This document shows positions 28,731 through 41,666 of a stretch of 49,385 nucleotides of DNA, in pieces (the first letter of the stretch is position 1; every line of letters starts with the position of its first letter). The stretch is taken from NCBI GenBank assembly GCA_965248535.1, contig CBDFJR010000001.1, positions 1 to 49,385 on the forward strand, in the 5' to 3' direction. Under the pieces are notes generated by a model. That model saw only the letters and a program-made list of their open reading frames with translations, was not told where the DNA came from and ran no database searches. The position numbers were made by a program, and so were the translations under genes. Source of the DNA: Phormidesmis sp. Its GTDB lineage: Bacteria; Cyanobacteriota; Cyanobacteriia; Leptolyngbyales; Leptolyngbyaceae.

Positions 28731-28870
28731 GGATCGTGGATTGATTAACCTGTAACAGTCCTCTGAATCTTTCATCGCTGAGATTTAGGGGGCTGAAGCC
28801 GACCGAAACGCAGCGACAAAGACGTGTGTGTACACCGTAGCCCCTTGGGGAGAGAAGTTGGGGTGAGGGC
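28731..28870. repeat. Composite dispersed repeat
   Basis: 28733-28783 matches the reverse complement of about 10478-10526 with several mismatches. It continues into GATTTAGGGGG, GTGTACACCGTAGCC and GGGGAGAG...GGGGTGAGGG motifs. Confidence 0.6.
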
Positions 28871-28898
28871 GAGACAACCTGGCAATGGTCGAAGTTGC

Positions 28899-30230
28899 TT
28901 AGTTCGCGATCCTAAGGGTCTCCGGCTTTAGTTTAAATAGCAAAAATTGAGTGACTTGGGTGAGGTCATTAAAGTTGTCATCGCTAACCAGCACAACACT
29001 TTGAGAGCCATCTGGGAAAAGCGGGCCCAACGTCATCCCTTCAAGATTGTCTAATGAAATATCTAGGTCGTTTAAGTCCATCACTAATCTTTTTCTGATG
29101 GGTGCGATGCCTTTTGAATCGCGGAGACTCTCGATCGTTGAAATATCACTTGCCCCTCCGCTCGCTGCTTGAAAAATCTTAATCTGAAAGCCCTGTAGCC
29201 CAAACGATCGCTCTAAGCTAAGAAAGTGCCCGGCTTGGTCAATTGCCAGCAGATCGCAGAGTCCTTGATCAAAGGCATAAGTAGGTTTGGGGTCTAGCTG
29301 GTAGAGATGTTCTGAAATCAGAGTCGCCCGATCGGTTTCAACTAAGTAGTGTAAAAAACGATTTTTTGCCCCCTGCTTTCGGTCTGACAACTCTTGATCT
29401 TGAGCCAACGAAGATTCTGTCGCGGTGAAGAGTCGAAATGGCTCAGAACCTCTCATAGTCGCTGCTTGGGCGTTTAGTGTTAGCGACTCAAACGCCAGGT
29501 TATCTTGCACACCTCGCGGCTGAAGCGGGTGATCAGGGTCGGTCAAAAACGTTTTGGGTAGGGGAAGTTTGCGTCGCAGTTGACCCGTTTTGAGGTCGAA
29601 TTCTCCGATAAAGGGCGGCACCCCATCGTGAATTACTCCTTCGCTAGAGATAAAAACGGAATCTCTGGGAGAGAGGGCGATTCCTTCGGGGTCGATCGTG
29701 TTGGGTGCAAAGGGTTGCCCGTCTTGTTGCTTAAGAATGGTGACATTTTCTATAACCACTTGAGCGATCGTAGAACGTGTGGGGTCGAGGTCTAATTTGA
29801 GCGTGTAAAACCGAGCGGGAGCATGATCACCACGATCGTCGGAGATGGCGTAAAAACGATCGGTTTGACGATCGTAGGTCAAGCCCGACAACCCGCCCAC
29901 CAGCGTCTCTTGAACTGTGGTCTTAGGCAGGGTGTAGGCTCCCGAAAATTCTAGGGACAACGGCAAAAAGAGCCGATCTTCTGCACTCACTTGCGCAGTT
30001 AGGGGTTGTTTGCCACACTCGCTTGAGTCCTTATCTAGAAATGTGCTGTTTGCGGGTGAGTGCAAATGTCTCTTACGAACACACTGAGAAGGATATCGAG
30101 TTGTTCACCGGAATTCGCGTCCCTGCCAAAACACAGCAATAAGCCTAGTAGGGCGATCGCGATCCAAATCTAAGCCTAGTAGGGCGATCGCGATCCATCT
30201 CAAAACCCAAGCAAAGAATGTGTGCTGCAC
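28899..30230 (-). pseudogene. Esterase-like activity of phytase family protein with a disrupted 5' end
   Basis: Intact core (GGLSGLTYD, AISDDRG, DPEGI, DNLAFESL, DNLEGMTLGP, VSDDNF). The signal-peptide-coding 5' end (GTG 30230, MQHTFFAWVLRWIAIALLGL) is out of frame with the core because of a 31-nt duplication and apparently foreign sequence. Confidence 0.65.
30140..30197. repeat. 27-bp direct repeat (period 31)
   Basis: TAAGCCTAGTAGGGCGATCGCGATCCA at 30140-30166 and 30171-30197. Confidence 0.95.
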
Positions 30231-30357
30231 CGCTTTCTCCACCACCTTAGACTCTGAAGGCTATTCTAGCCTGTCTCTCTTGTCGCGGTTTCTGCATCCC
30301 GCTCTCTTCGACCAAAGGTGATTAAATGTATGGAAGTCACTTATTCCTCACTCGCTC

Positions 30358-31980
30358 GTGTCTGAATCGTCCAAGTCTTCTCGCTCTCTGGCAAGCATTG
30401 CCGGAATTGTGGCGATCGCCACCTTAATCAGCAAAATTTTTGGACTGGTGCGCCAGGTCGCGATCGCGGCCGCCTTCGGCACAAAAGCTGCCTATGGTGC
30501 CTACCAATATTCCAGTATCATTCCAGGCTTTTTTCTGATCCTCTTAGGAGGCATTAATGGCCCCTTTCACAGCGCCATGGTGAGCGCGCTGGCCAAACGC
30601 AGTAAAGCCGACTCTGCGCCCTTGGTCGAAACGGTTTCGACGCTGGTGGGAGGCGCTTTGCTCGTGGTCACGCTGGGGTTGATGGCGCTGGCTCCTCAGT
30701 GCATTGATCTGATCGCTCCGGGTTTGCACCAAACTGCCCACGGGTTAGAAATTCGAGATATTGCGATTCAGCAGTTGCGAATCATGGCTCCGATCGTCTG
30801 GTTTGCAGGCATGATCGGCATCGGGTTTGGCACCCTCAACGCGGCGGATTTATATTGGCTGCCGTCGGTGAGTCCCTTGCTGTCGAGTGTGACGATCGTG
30901 GCGGGCATCGGTGCCCTAGCTCTGACGTTAGGACAAAAGATTGGCGAGTCTGAATACGCATCGCTGGGAGGCATTGTTTTAGCATGGGCGGCCCTGATCG
31001 GAACGATTTTGCAGTGGCTGGTTCAGGTTTGGGCCCAGCACAAAGCGGGCTTGAGTCGGCTGCGTTTAGGGTTTGACTTTAAGCATTCTGGCGTGAAAGA
31101 CGTAATGAAGGTGATGGCTCCGGCGCTGTTTGCGTCGGGAATGCTGCAAATCAATGTCTATACCGATATGTTTTTTACGTCGTTTTTGCCTAATCCGGGG
31201 GCGGCGGTTTCGGCATTGGACTATGCAAATCTGTTGGTGCAAACTCCCTTGGGCATTCTCTCAAACGTGATTTTGGTGCCGTTTTTGCCCGTGTTTTCTC
31301 GGCTAGCAGATCCCACAGATTGGCCAGAACTGAAAATGCGAATCCGGCAAGGGTTGCTGTTGACGGCGATCGCGATGTTGCCGATCAGTGCTCTGATTAT
31401 CACCTTGGCGACTCCGATCGTGCGAGTCGTTTACGAACGGGGCGAGTTTCGGCAAGGTGACTCTAATTTAGTGGCGACTGTTTTGATGGCCTACGCGATC
31501 GGGATGTTTGTCTACCTTGGTCGCGATGTGCTGGTTCGCGTTTTTTATGCCCTAGGAGATGGCGATACGCCTTTTCGCATCAGCATTGTCAATATTTTCC
31601 TCAACGCTCTTTTTGACTTCATTTTGATCAAACCGCTGGGTCTACCGGGCTTGGTTCTCGCTACGGTGTCGGTGAATGTGCTTTCAATGATTGCGCTGCT
31701 GTGGTTTCTCGATCGCAAGTTAAACGGGTTGCCGTTGCGAGAGTGGGTGCTGCCGTTTGTCGGGTTAGCGATCGCTAGTGGGTTTGCAGGTCTTGGCAGT
31801 TGGGGCACGCTCTTAGCCTGCCAAACATTTTTAGGCATGGATGGGTTACTGATTTTGATGGGGGAACTTAGCCTATCGGGTCTAGCTGGCTTAGGAATCT
31901 TTGCCCTCATTGCCAGTCGCCTCAAACTGCCTGAAGTTGATCTCTTTGTGGGTCGCATCCGCCAGCGGTTTGTAAAGTAG
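30358..31980 (+). CDS. murJ: Lipid II flippase MurJ (MviN)
   Basis: TLISKIFGLVRQVAIAAAFG, GGINGPFHSA, LDYANLLVQTPLG, RVFYALGDGDTP. Confidence 0.93.
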   Translation: MSESSKSSRSLASIAGIVAIATLISKIFGLVRQVAIAAAFGTKAAYGAYQYSSIIPGFFLILLGGINGPFHSAMVSALAKRSKADSAPLVETVSTLVGGALLVVTLGLMALAPQCIDLIAPGLHQTAHGLEIRDIAIQQLRIMAPIVWFAGMIGIGFGTLNAADLYWLPSVSPLLSSVTIVAGIGALALTLGQKIGESEYASLGGIVLAWAALIGTILQWLVQVWAQHKAGLSRLRLGFDFKHSGVKDVMKVMAPALFASGMLQINVYTDMFFTSFLPNPGAAVSALDYANLLVQTPLGILSNVILVPFLPVFSRLADPTDWPELKMRIRQGLLLTAIAMLPISALIITLATPIVRVVYERGEFRQGDSNLVATVLMAYAIGMFVYLGRDVLVRVFYALGDGDTPFRISIVNIFLNALFDFILIKPLGLPGLVLATVSVNVLSMIALLWFLDRKLNGLPLREWVLPFVGLAIASGFAGLGSWGTLLACQTFLGMDGLLILMGELSLSGLAGLGIFALIASRLKLPEVDLFVGRIRQRFVK

Positions 31981-32007
31981 AAGAGACTAGATTTTTCTTG
32001 TGATCCA

Positions 32008-32427
32008 ATGACTTACACAGTGATCTATGACGGCCAGTGCAATCTCTGCTCAAACTTGGTGCAGTTGCTCGAAACTCTAGATAAGGGCGATCGCTTCTAC
32101 TATCTGCCCATGCAAGACCAAACGGGACTCGATCGCTACAGCATCACGGCTCAAGATTGTGAAATGGGCATGATCCTGATCGATAACGACCGCCCCGATC
32201 GCCGATGGCAAGGCAGCAACGCCGCCGAAGAAATCGGGCGCATTTTGCCGTTTGGCGGCGTTTTTATCATCGCCTATCGAAGTTTGCCAGGTGTGAAATG
32301 GATGGGCGATCGCGTTTATGAACAAGTCCGCGATCATCGATATGCTTTGTTCGGGCGGCGACTCAGCACTTATCAAACCGCCTACCCTGCCTGTGAGAGC
32401 GCTTGTGATACCTATTTTTCTAAATGA
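32008..32427 (+). CDS. DCC family thiol-disulfide oxidoreductase
   Basis: N-terminal YDGQCNLC (DxxCxxC) motif and Y..V...RY..FG C-terminal motif. Confidence 0.88.
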   Translation: MTYTVIYDGQCNLCSNLVQLLETLDKGDRFYYLPMQDQTGLDRYSITAQDCEMGMILIDNDRPDRRWQGSNAAEEIGRILPFGGVFIIAYRSLPGVKWMGDRVYEQVRDHRYALFGRRLSTYQTAYPACESACDTYFSK

Positions 32428-32897
32428 CTGCTCCCCCTTGGCAACAAAAAACTGTGATTCAACACAGTCAACGCCTAATCCAAAGCTTCCAATATTGGAC
32501 GAAAAAACCGCTGATCACGATCGAGAGTTCCCCTGAAGAATCGGCCCGATCGCTCTTTGAGGCTCCTTTCGTGGTGGTCTCCCACGGGACTGAATGTGAC
32601 CCTGTTTTTAACTATGGCAATGCTCAAGCGCTCAAATTATGGGGGTTCGATTGGGAGACCTTTACACGCCTGCCTTCTCGACGATCGGCAGAGCCTGTCG
32701 AACAGCCCGATCGCGACCAACTTTTGTCATTAGCCAAAACCAAAGGCTATATCGATCACTATCAGGGCGTTCGCATCTCTAGCACCGGGCACCGCTTTAC
32801 GATTTCAGGAGTCATTCTCTGGGATGTGATGGATGAAGATCATCAGCGCTGCGGTCAAGCCGCCACCTTTGCTGACTGGAACTTAATTCCTCCTTGA
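32424..32897 (+). CDS. MEKHLA domain-containing protein
   Basis: LFEAPFVVVSHG...DPVFNYGN..AL.LW...W..FT.LPSR.SAE, YQGVRISSTGHRF, GQAATF. Confidence 0.9.
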   Translation: MTAPPWQQKTVIQHSQRLIQSFQYWTKKPLITIESSPEESARSLFEAPFVVVSHGTECDPVFNYGNAQALKLWGFDWETFTRLPSRRSAEPVEQPDRDQLLSLAKTKGYIDHYQGVRISSTGHRFTISGVILWDVMDEDHQRCGQAATFADWNLIPP

Positions 32898-32914
32898 AAT
32901 CGGCTTTGGCTCGG

Positions 32915-33721
32915 CTATTTCTCAAAGCGATCGTCTCGCCAAACCCCCTCGATCCGGGTGTTGTTGACAAAGATATAGGTGCCTCTTCCCTGTCGCTTAC
33001 TTTGCCGAAGTTCGCCTTCAAAACGATTGCCATTGGCAAACCGACACACCCCAAAGCCGTTCATCAAATCATTTTGAAAATCGCCTTCACAGCGCGTGCT
33101 ATCTGCATAAATAAAGACACCCCTCCCAGATCTTTTATTATCTCGAAACTGCCCCTCAAAGCGGTTGCCGCTCGGAAAGGCGCAAACGCCCAGCCCTGTG
33201 AGAGAATCGCTCTGAAACTCACCCTCGCAGCGCGTTCCATCTCGATAGGTAAAGAGTCCTCTTCCCTGTCGGTGGTTGTCGCGAAACTCTCCGTCATAGC
33301 GGTTGCCACTGGCAAACATGCAGCTTCCTCGACCGTTGAGCAGGTCGTTCTGAAACTCACCTTCACACCGAGTTCCGTCGGCATAAACAAAGAGTCCTTT
33401 TCCCTGGCGTTGACTGTTTCGCAACTCACCCTGATAGCGGTTCCCACTCGGAAAGGTGCATCCGTGAAAGCCGCTCAATGCGCCGTCCTTTAAAGTGCCA
33501 TCACAGTGACCACTGCTAAGAGCGCCTGCTAGGTCATGAGAATTTTGGTTGATTACCCCTCGCTCAAAAAGCGGTGAAGCGGCTGCATTAGACGAACCGG
33601 AAAGTAGGCTGATAAAATAAATGCTGGCAGTCGCTAGCAATCTCCCGCTCACCTGCTCTAGCCAAGCGGTGAATGCCTGAGGCGCAAAAATCGCCGTTGT
33701 TAGTTTGACTGGTTGCCGCAT
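32915..33721 (-). CDS. MORN-repeat protein
   Basis: Tandem 23-aa Y/F/C-x-G-E-F...G-x-G repeats. Confidence 0.88.
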   Translation of the reverse strand: MRQPVKLTTAIFAPQAFTAWLEQVSGRLLATASIYFISLLSGSSNAAASPLFERGVINQNSHDLAGALSSGHCDGTLKDGALSGFHGCTFPSGNRYQGELRNSQRQGKGLFVYADGTRCEGEFQNDLLNGRGSCMFASGNRYDGEFRDNHRQGRGLFTYRDGTRCEGEFQSDSLTGLGVCAFPSGNRFEGQFRDNKRSGRGVFIYADSTRCEGDFQNDLMNGFGVCRFANGNRFEGELRQSKRQGRGTYIFVNNTRIEGVWRDDRFEK

Positions 33722-33950
33722 GATGGTATCAATTTCACAAATCCTATACTGATAAGATAGTTATTCTCAACTCCATGCCAGATTCAGGGTCATCGTCGGG
33801 GGAGAAGTCGTTGAGTTTTCTGATAGCCCCGCAGACGTGTGAATTGAGTAGAAGTGCTTACTATTTTTGACGTTTGACTCAAGCCCTCAACATTTAGCTT
33901 AGACCTGATCTGTCAACCTAAGTCTCGATATTCATCGCTATTGTCTGCTC

Positions 33951-35408
33951 ATGCTTCATTTCTGGACTGCTTTTTCGATCGCCCAACTCTTCCCACTGCC
34001 CTTTTTGCTCCAGACACCCACGCTAGCGCCTGCGGCCCCAACTCCGACTATGCCTCTGCAAGAGCTTCCAACTCAGGAGACCCTCAGATTTCAAGAAACG
34101 CTACAGCCGCAAGAATTTATCCAGCCGCAAGAAATTCGTCCTCTTCCTGGGGCGCTAGACGACGTTCCGGTGTTTAACAGCAATAGCCCTGAGCTAGTGA
34201 TGACTGAAGGCGTTTTGCTTTCTACGTTTCCGCCTGATGGCAAGCGCGTTCCTTCGGCTCATCTAAACTTTGCCTTTCAAGGGCGATTTGATCTCTTCTC
34301 TCACCACATTTCTAAATCTGGCAGTCTCAGAGAAACGCGAAGCCTTTTTCAGGGCATCATTCTTTACAATCCCACTCTGCACCCTGTGACGGTAGAAATC
34401 TTGCAGGCAGCCACTTATCTGACTCGTCCTGATGCTCTTTTTATTGATCTGCCTTCCTATGTAGAAGATCCTTTAGGGACGGTCTATGCAGGACCGGGGG
34501 GGCGCGTGGTTAACGATGTTCTCCGAGGTCGCAGACAGGGTAACTGGTTTCCTTCGGTAGTGATTCCGCCGGGGCAGAGCCAGATGCTAATGAATCTTCC
34601 CATTCCGGCGGGGACGATGCCGCCTACGTCTAACGGTCGCTCTACTTTGATGCGTCTTTCTAGCAGTGGGCCAGTTTACATTGCGTCTTTGGCGATGTTT
34701 GCCCCGCTTAACGCAAGTGGTGAAGAGCGAGTTCCCACTCTCGCAGAATGGCAAACGTTGCTCGACACTGGCGGTTTGGCTGGGCCGCGAGATAGTCCAC
34801 CTACGCCGCTTTCAACCAAGAAAGGCGATCGGGTGGTCTACGGTCGCGTTGCTGGAGTCGCTAAAGGCTCTCAATGGAGCGCAACGTTAACGGATACTAA
34901 CCGTGACTATCTTAGCCTTCCTCTCAAAAAGCGCGCTATTTCTTATGGACTCAGCACTTTACCCCAAGGTACGTTTGGCACAGGGCAGATTCAGAGCGCT
35001 CCAATGCTGGTTCGCTATCTTGATACGGCCTATTTAGCAAACGGCAATTATGGGATTCAATACCATCTCACTCTGCCGCTCAAAAACACAACTCAGCGCT
35101 CGCAAACTGTTGCCTTAGTGGTTGAAACACCGCTCAAAGAGGATAAGAGCAAAACTGAAGTGCTGTTTTTGTCTACCCCAGACTCTAGGATTTTTTTTCG
35201 CGGCACAGTGCGGCTTCGCTATGCTGACGATCGCGGGCTTTCTCAAACTCGCTACATCCATCTCGTTCAACACAGGGGGCAGCAAGGACAACCTCTGATG
35301 ACATTAAATCTAAAACCGGGCGATCGGCGCTCAGTTGAGGTAGATTTTCTCTACCCTCCAGATGCTACGCCTCCCCAAATCCTCACCATTAAAACTCTAG
35401 GCAACTAA
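33951..35408 (+). CDS. DUF3370 family protein
   Basis: RPLPGALDDVPVFNSNSPE...EGVLLSTFP, YGRVAGV, GNYGIQY, YPPDATPPQ motifs of this cyanobacterial family. Confidence 0.8.
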   Translation: MLHFWTAFSIAQLFPLPFLLQTPTLAPAAPTPTMPLQELPTQETLRFQETLQPQEFIQPQEIRPLPGALDDVPVFNSNSPELVMTEGVLLSTFPPDGKRVPSAHLNFAFQGRFDLFSHHISKSGSLRETRSLFQGIILYNPTLHPVTVEILQAATYLTRPDALFIDLPSYVEDPLGTVYAGPGGRVVNDVLRGRRQGNWFPSVVIPPGQSQMLMNLPIPAGTMPPTSNGRSTLMRLSSSGPVYIASLAMFAPLNASGEERVPTLAEWQTLLDTGGLAGPRDSPPTPLSTKKGDRVVYGRVAGVAKGSQWSATLTDTNRDYLSLPLKKRAISYGLSTLPQGTFGTGQIQSAPMLVRYLDTAYLANGNYGIQYHLTLPLKNTTQRSQTVALVVETPLKEDKSKTEVLFLSTPDSRIFFRGTVRLRYADDRGLSQTRYIHLVQHRGQQGQPLMTLNLKPGDRRSVEVDFLYPPDATPPQILTIKTLGN

Positions 35409-35410
35409 CC

Positions 35411-36088
35411 GTGTCTAAATCTGCCAAAGTCGTCCCCTGGCTCTACTGGTCGATCGTTCCTATCCATCGTGCTTTCATGCACCTTTATTTTGGAAAGATC
35501 ACGATTATCGGTCGCGAGAACCTTCCTAAAACAGGCCCAACTGTCCTTGCATCCAAGCATTTCAGTCGCTGGGATTCGCTAATCCTTGCCCTTTTAAGTA
35601 CAGAATCTCTCAGATATATGTCTAGATCTGACCAGATGACAGGACTTCAAGGCTGGCTCGTTGGTCGCCTAGGAGGTTTTTCGGTTGACCCGGCTCACCC
35701 CACTGTCTCAAGTATGCGAACCGCGATCGCAGTGCTTCACAGCGGTAATAAGCTGGTTGTTTTTCCCGAAGGCGGGATTGTTCGCGATCAACCCCTGCGC
35801 CCTCTCAAAACAGGATTAGCCCGTTTGGTGCTGCAAGCTGAAGCGATCTCAACCTCGCCACTCTCGGTGGCGATCGTTCCCATCTCGCTCTACTACAGTC
35901 CTGCCGCTACCCTAAGATCTAAAGTTTTTGTCCTCATCAGTCCACCTATTCAGTCTCAGCACTATCGTCAGTTGAATAACAAGCAAACGGCTCAGGCTTT
36001 AACTGAGGCACTACAGAAGTCAATATTAAGTGGCTTAGAAAAATTACGAGAGAGAAGCCAAAGACCAATAGATGACAATCTGCATTAA
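35411..36088 (+). CDS. Lysophospholipid (1-acyl-glycerol-3-phosphate) acyltransferase family protein
   Basis: HFSRWD (HxxxxD) and VFPEGG motifs. Confidence 0.88.
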   Translation: MSKSAKVVPWLYWSIVPIHRAFMHLYFGKITIIGRENLPKTGPTVLASKHFSRWDSLILALLSTESLRYMSRSDQMTGLQGWLVGRLGGFSVDPAHPTVSSMRTAIAVLHSGNKLVVFPEGGIVRDQPLRPLKTGLARLVLQAEAISTSPLSVAIVPISLYYSPAATLRSKVFVLISPPIQSQHYRQLNNKQTAQALTEALQKSILSGLEKLRERSQRPIDDNLH

Positions 36089-36120
36089 CCCCTTGAAAGA
36101 AAGAAACTTTGCTCAAGGTG

Positions 36121-36149
36121 TTGACAAGTTCAGTTGGGGTTGTTATATT
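36121..36149 (+). promoter_or_regulatory. Sigma-70 promoter of the rRNA operon
   Basis: TTGACA-N17-TATATT. Confidence 0.85.
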
Positions 36150-36385
36150 AGTCAAGCGGGTGAGAGGAACGGATGCGAAAGCGGAGGTTCTTCCCGCGTA
36201 GAACCAAGACAATTGCATAGTTTAGAAGTCATAATAGCACTTAAACCTCGTCAAAGCAAATTGATTTAGGGTAGCTACTTCGGTAGTGCTTTAAGGGTTA
36301 AAGAGTCGAAGAGGTTTGCTGGTCAGTTAATTCTGACTAGATAGAATCTTATTTCGTGAGCTGAAACAAGCTCCGTGTATTAAAC

Positions 36386-37878
<1,493 letters not shown>

Positions 37879-38031
37879 TAGGGAGACCTACCCGTTTCGA
37901 CTTGAAGATTCAAAGTCCAGTCAATTTCGATTGCTTGGAAGATTGAGTCATTAGAGAAGAGACTGGTCATCCCAAGGTCGTTCGAGGATTAAGTGTTGAC
38001 TTCTAAGCTATGTGAGATTGGTTCGGGTTAT

Positions 38032-38105
<74 letters not shown>

Positions 38106-38118
38106 CCTTTTGAAACGA

Positions 38119-38191
38119 GGGGGTTTAGCTCAGTTGGTAGAGCGCCTGCTTTGCAAGCAGGATGTCAACGGTTCGAGTCCGTTAACCTCCA
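38119..38191 (+). tRNA. tRNA-Ala(TGC)
   Basis: GGGGGTTTAGCTCAG...TTTGCAA anticodon loop...GGTTCGAGTCC...ACCTCCA. Confidence 0.97.
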
Positions 38192-38413
38192 CTGAAAGCT
38201 GAGAGCTTTCTCCTGTCGTAGTCCGAGCCAGATTCAATTTCAGCAACTCGTCTAAATAATTAGAGAGCCTGCTGGACTTGTTCCAGACAGAACCATGAAA
38301 ACTGCATAGAAACTTGTCAGGTAGAAAGTAGTGAATAACTAGCGATGAGCTGAAAGGCGAGTTGTTGGTTGTTCCCACAAATATCACAGACACCAATGTT
38401 GATTGATTGAAGT

Positions 38414-41300
<2,887 letters not shown>

Positions 41301-41385
41301 CTCATCTTCAACACGATAGTGTCAAAAGCAAGTTTCTATGCAGCCTTCATGGCTCTATCCTCCGATAGGAGAAAGCCCCAAGCTT

Positions 41386-41503
41386 TCCTGGTGTTTCTAG
41401 CGTCGTGGACCCACCCTGACCCATCTCGAACTCAGGTGTGAAACGTGACAGCGGCGAAGATAGTTGGAGGGTAGCCTCCCGCAAAAATAGCTCATCGCCA
41501 GGG
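41386..41503 (+). rRNA. rrf: 5S rRNA
   Basis: TCCTGGTG...CCCATCTCGAACTCAG...GTGAAAC...CGCCAGGG. Confidence 0.95.
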
Positions 41504-41521
41504 CAATATTCAAAAACGAAA

Positions 41522-41555
41522 CAAAGCCTCCCTTCTTAGCTGAAGGGAGGCTTTG
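41522..41555 (+). terminator. rrn terminator
   Basis: CAAAGCCTCCCTTC / GAAGGGAGGCTTTG 14-bp perfect stem. Confidence 0.85.
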
Positions 41556-41666
41556 TGCTGGCTGATGCTCTCTTCTTACCCTGTGGGTAAATCTTGTAGA
41601 CCCATTTCACTTAAGTTGTGGTCAGATTGTGGTCAGAACATCTGATCTGCAATCTACAATCAAGGC

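Noticed and set aside
30140..30197. Direct repeat as a mini-CRISPR array
   Set aside because: Only two copies with a 4-nt gap, no spacer, no cas genes, and it lies within a signal-peptide coding sequence.
32894..33493. 199-aa plus-strand ORF with repeats
   Set aside because: Antisense shadow of the MORN-repeat gene.
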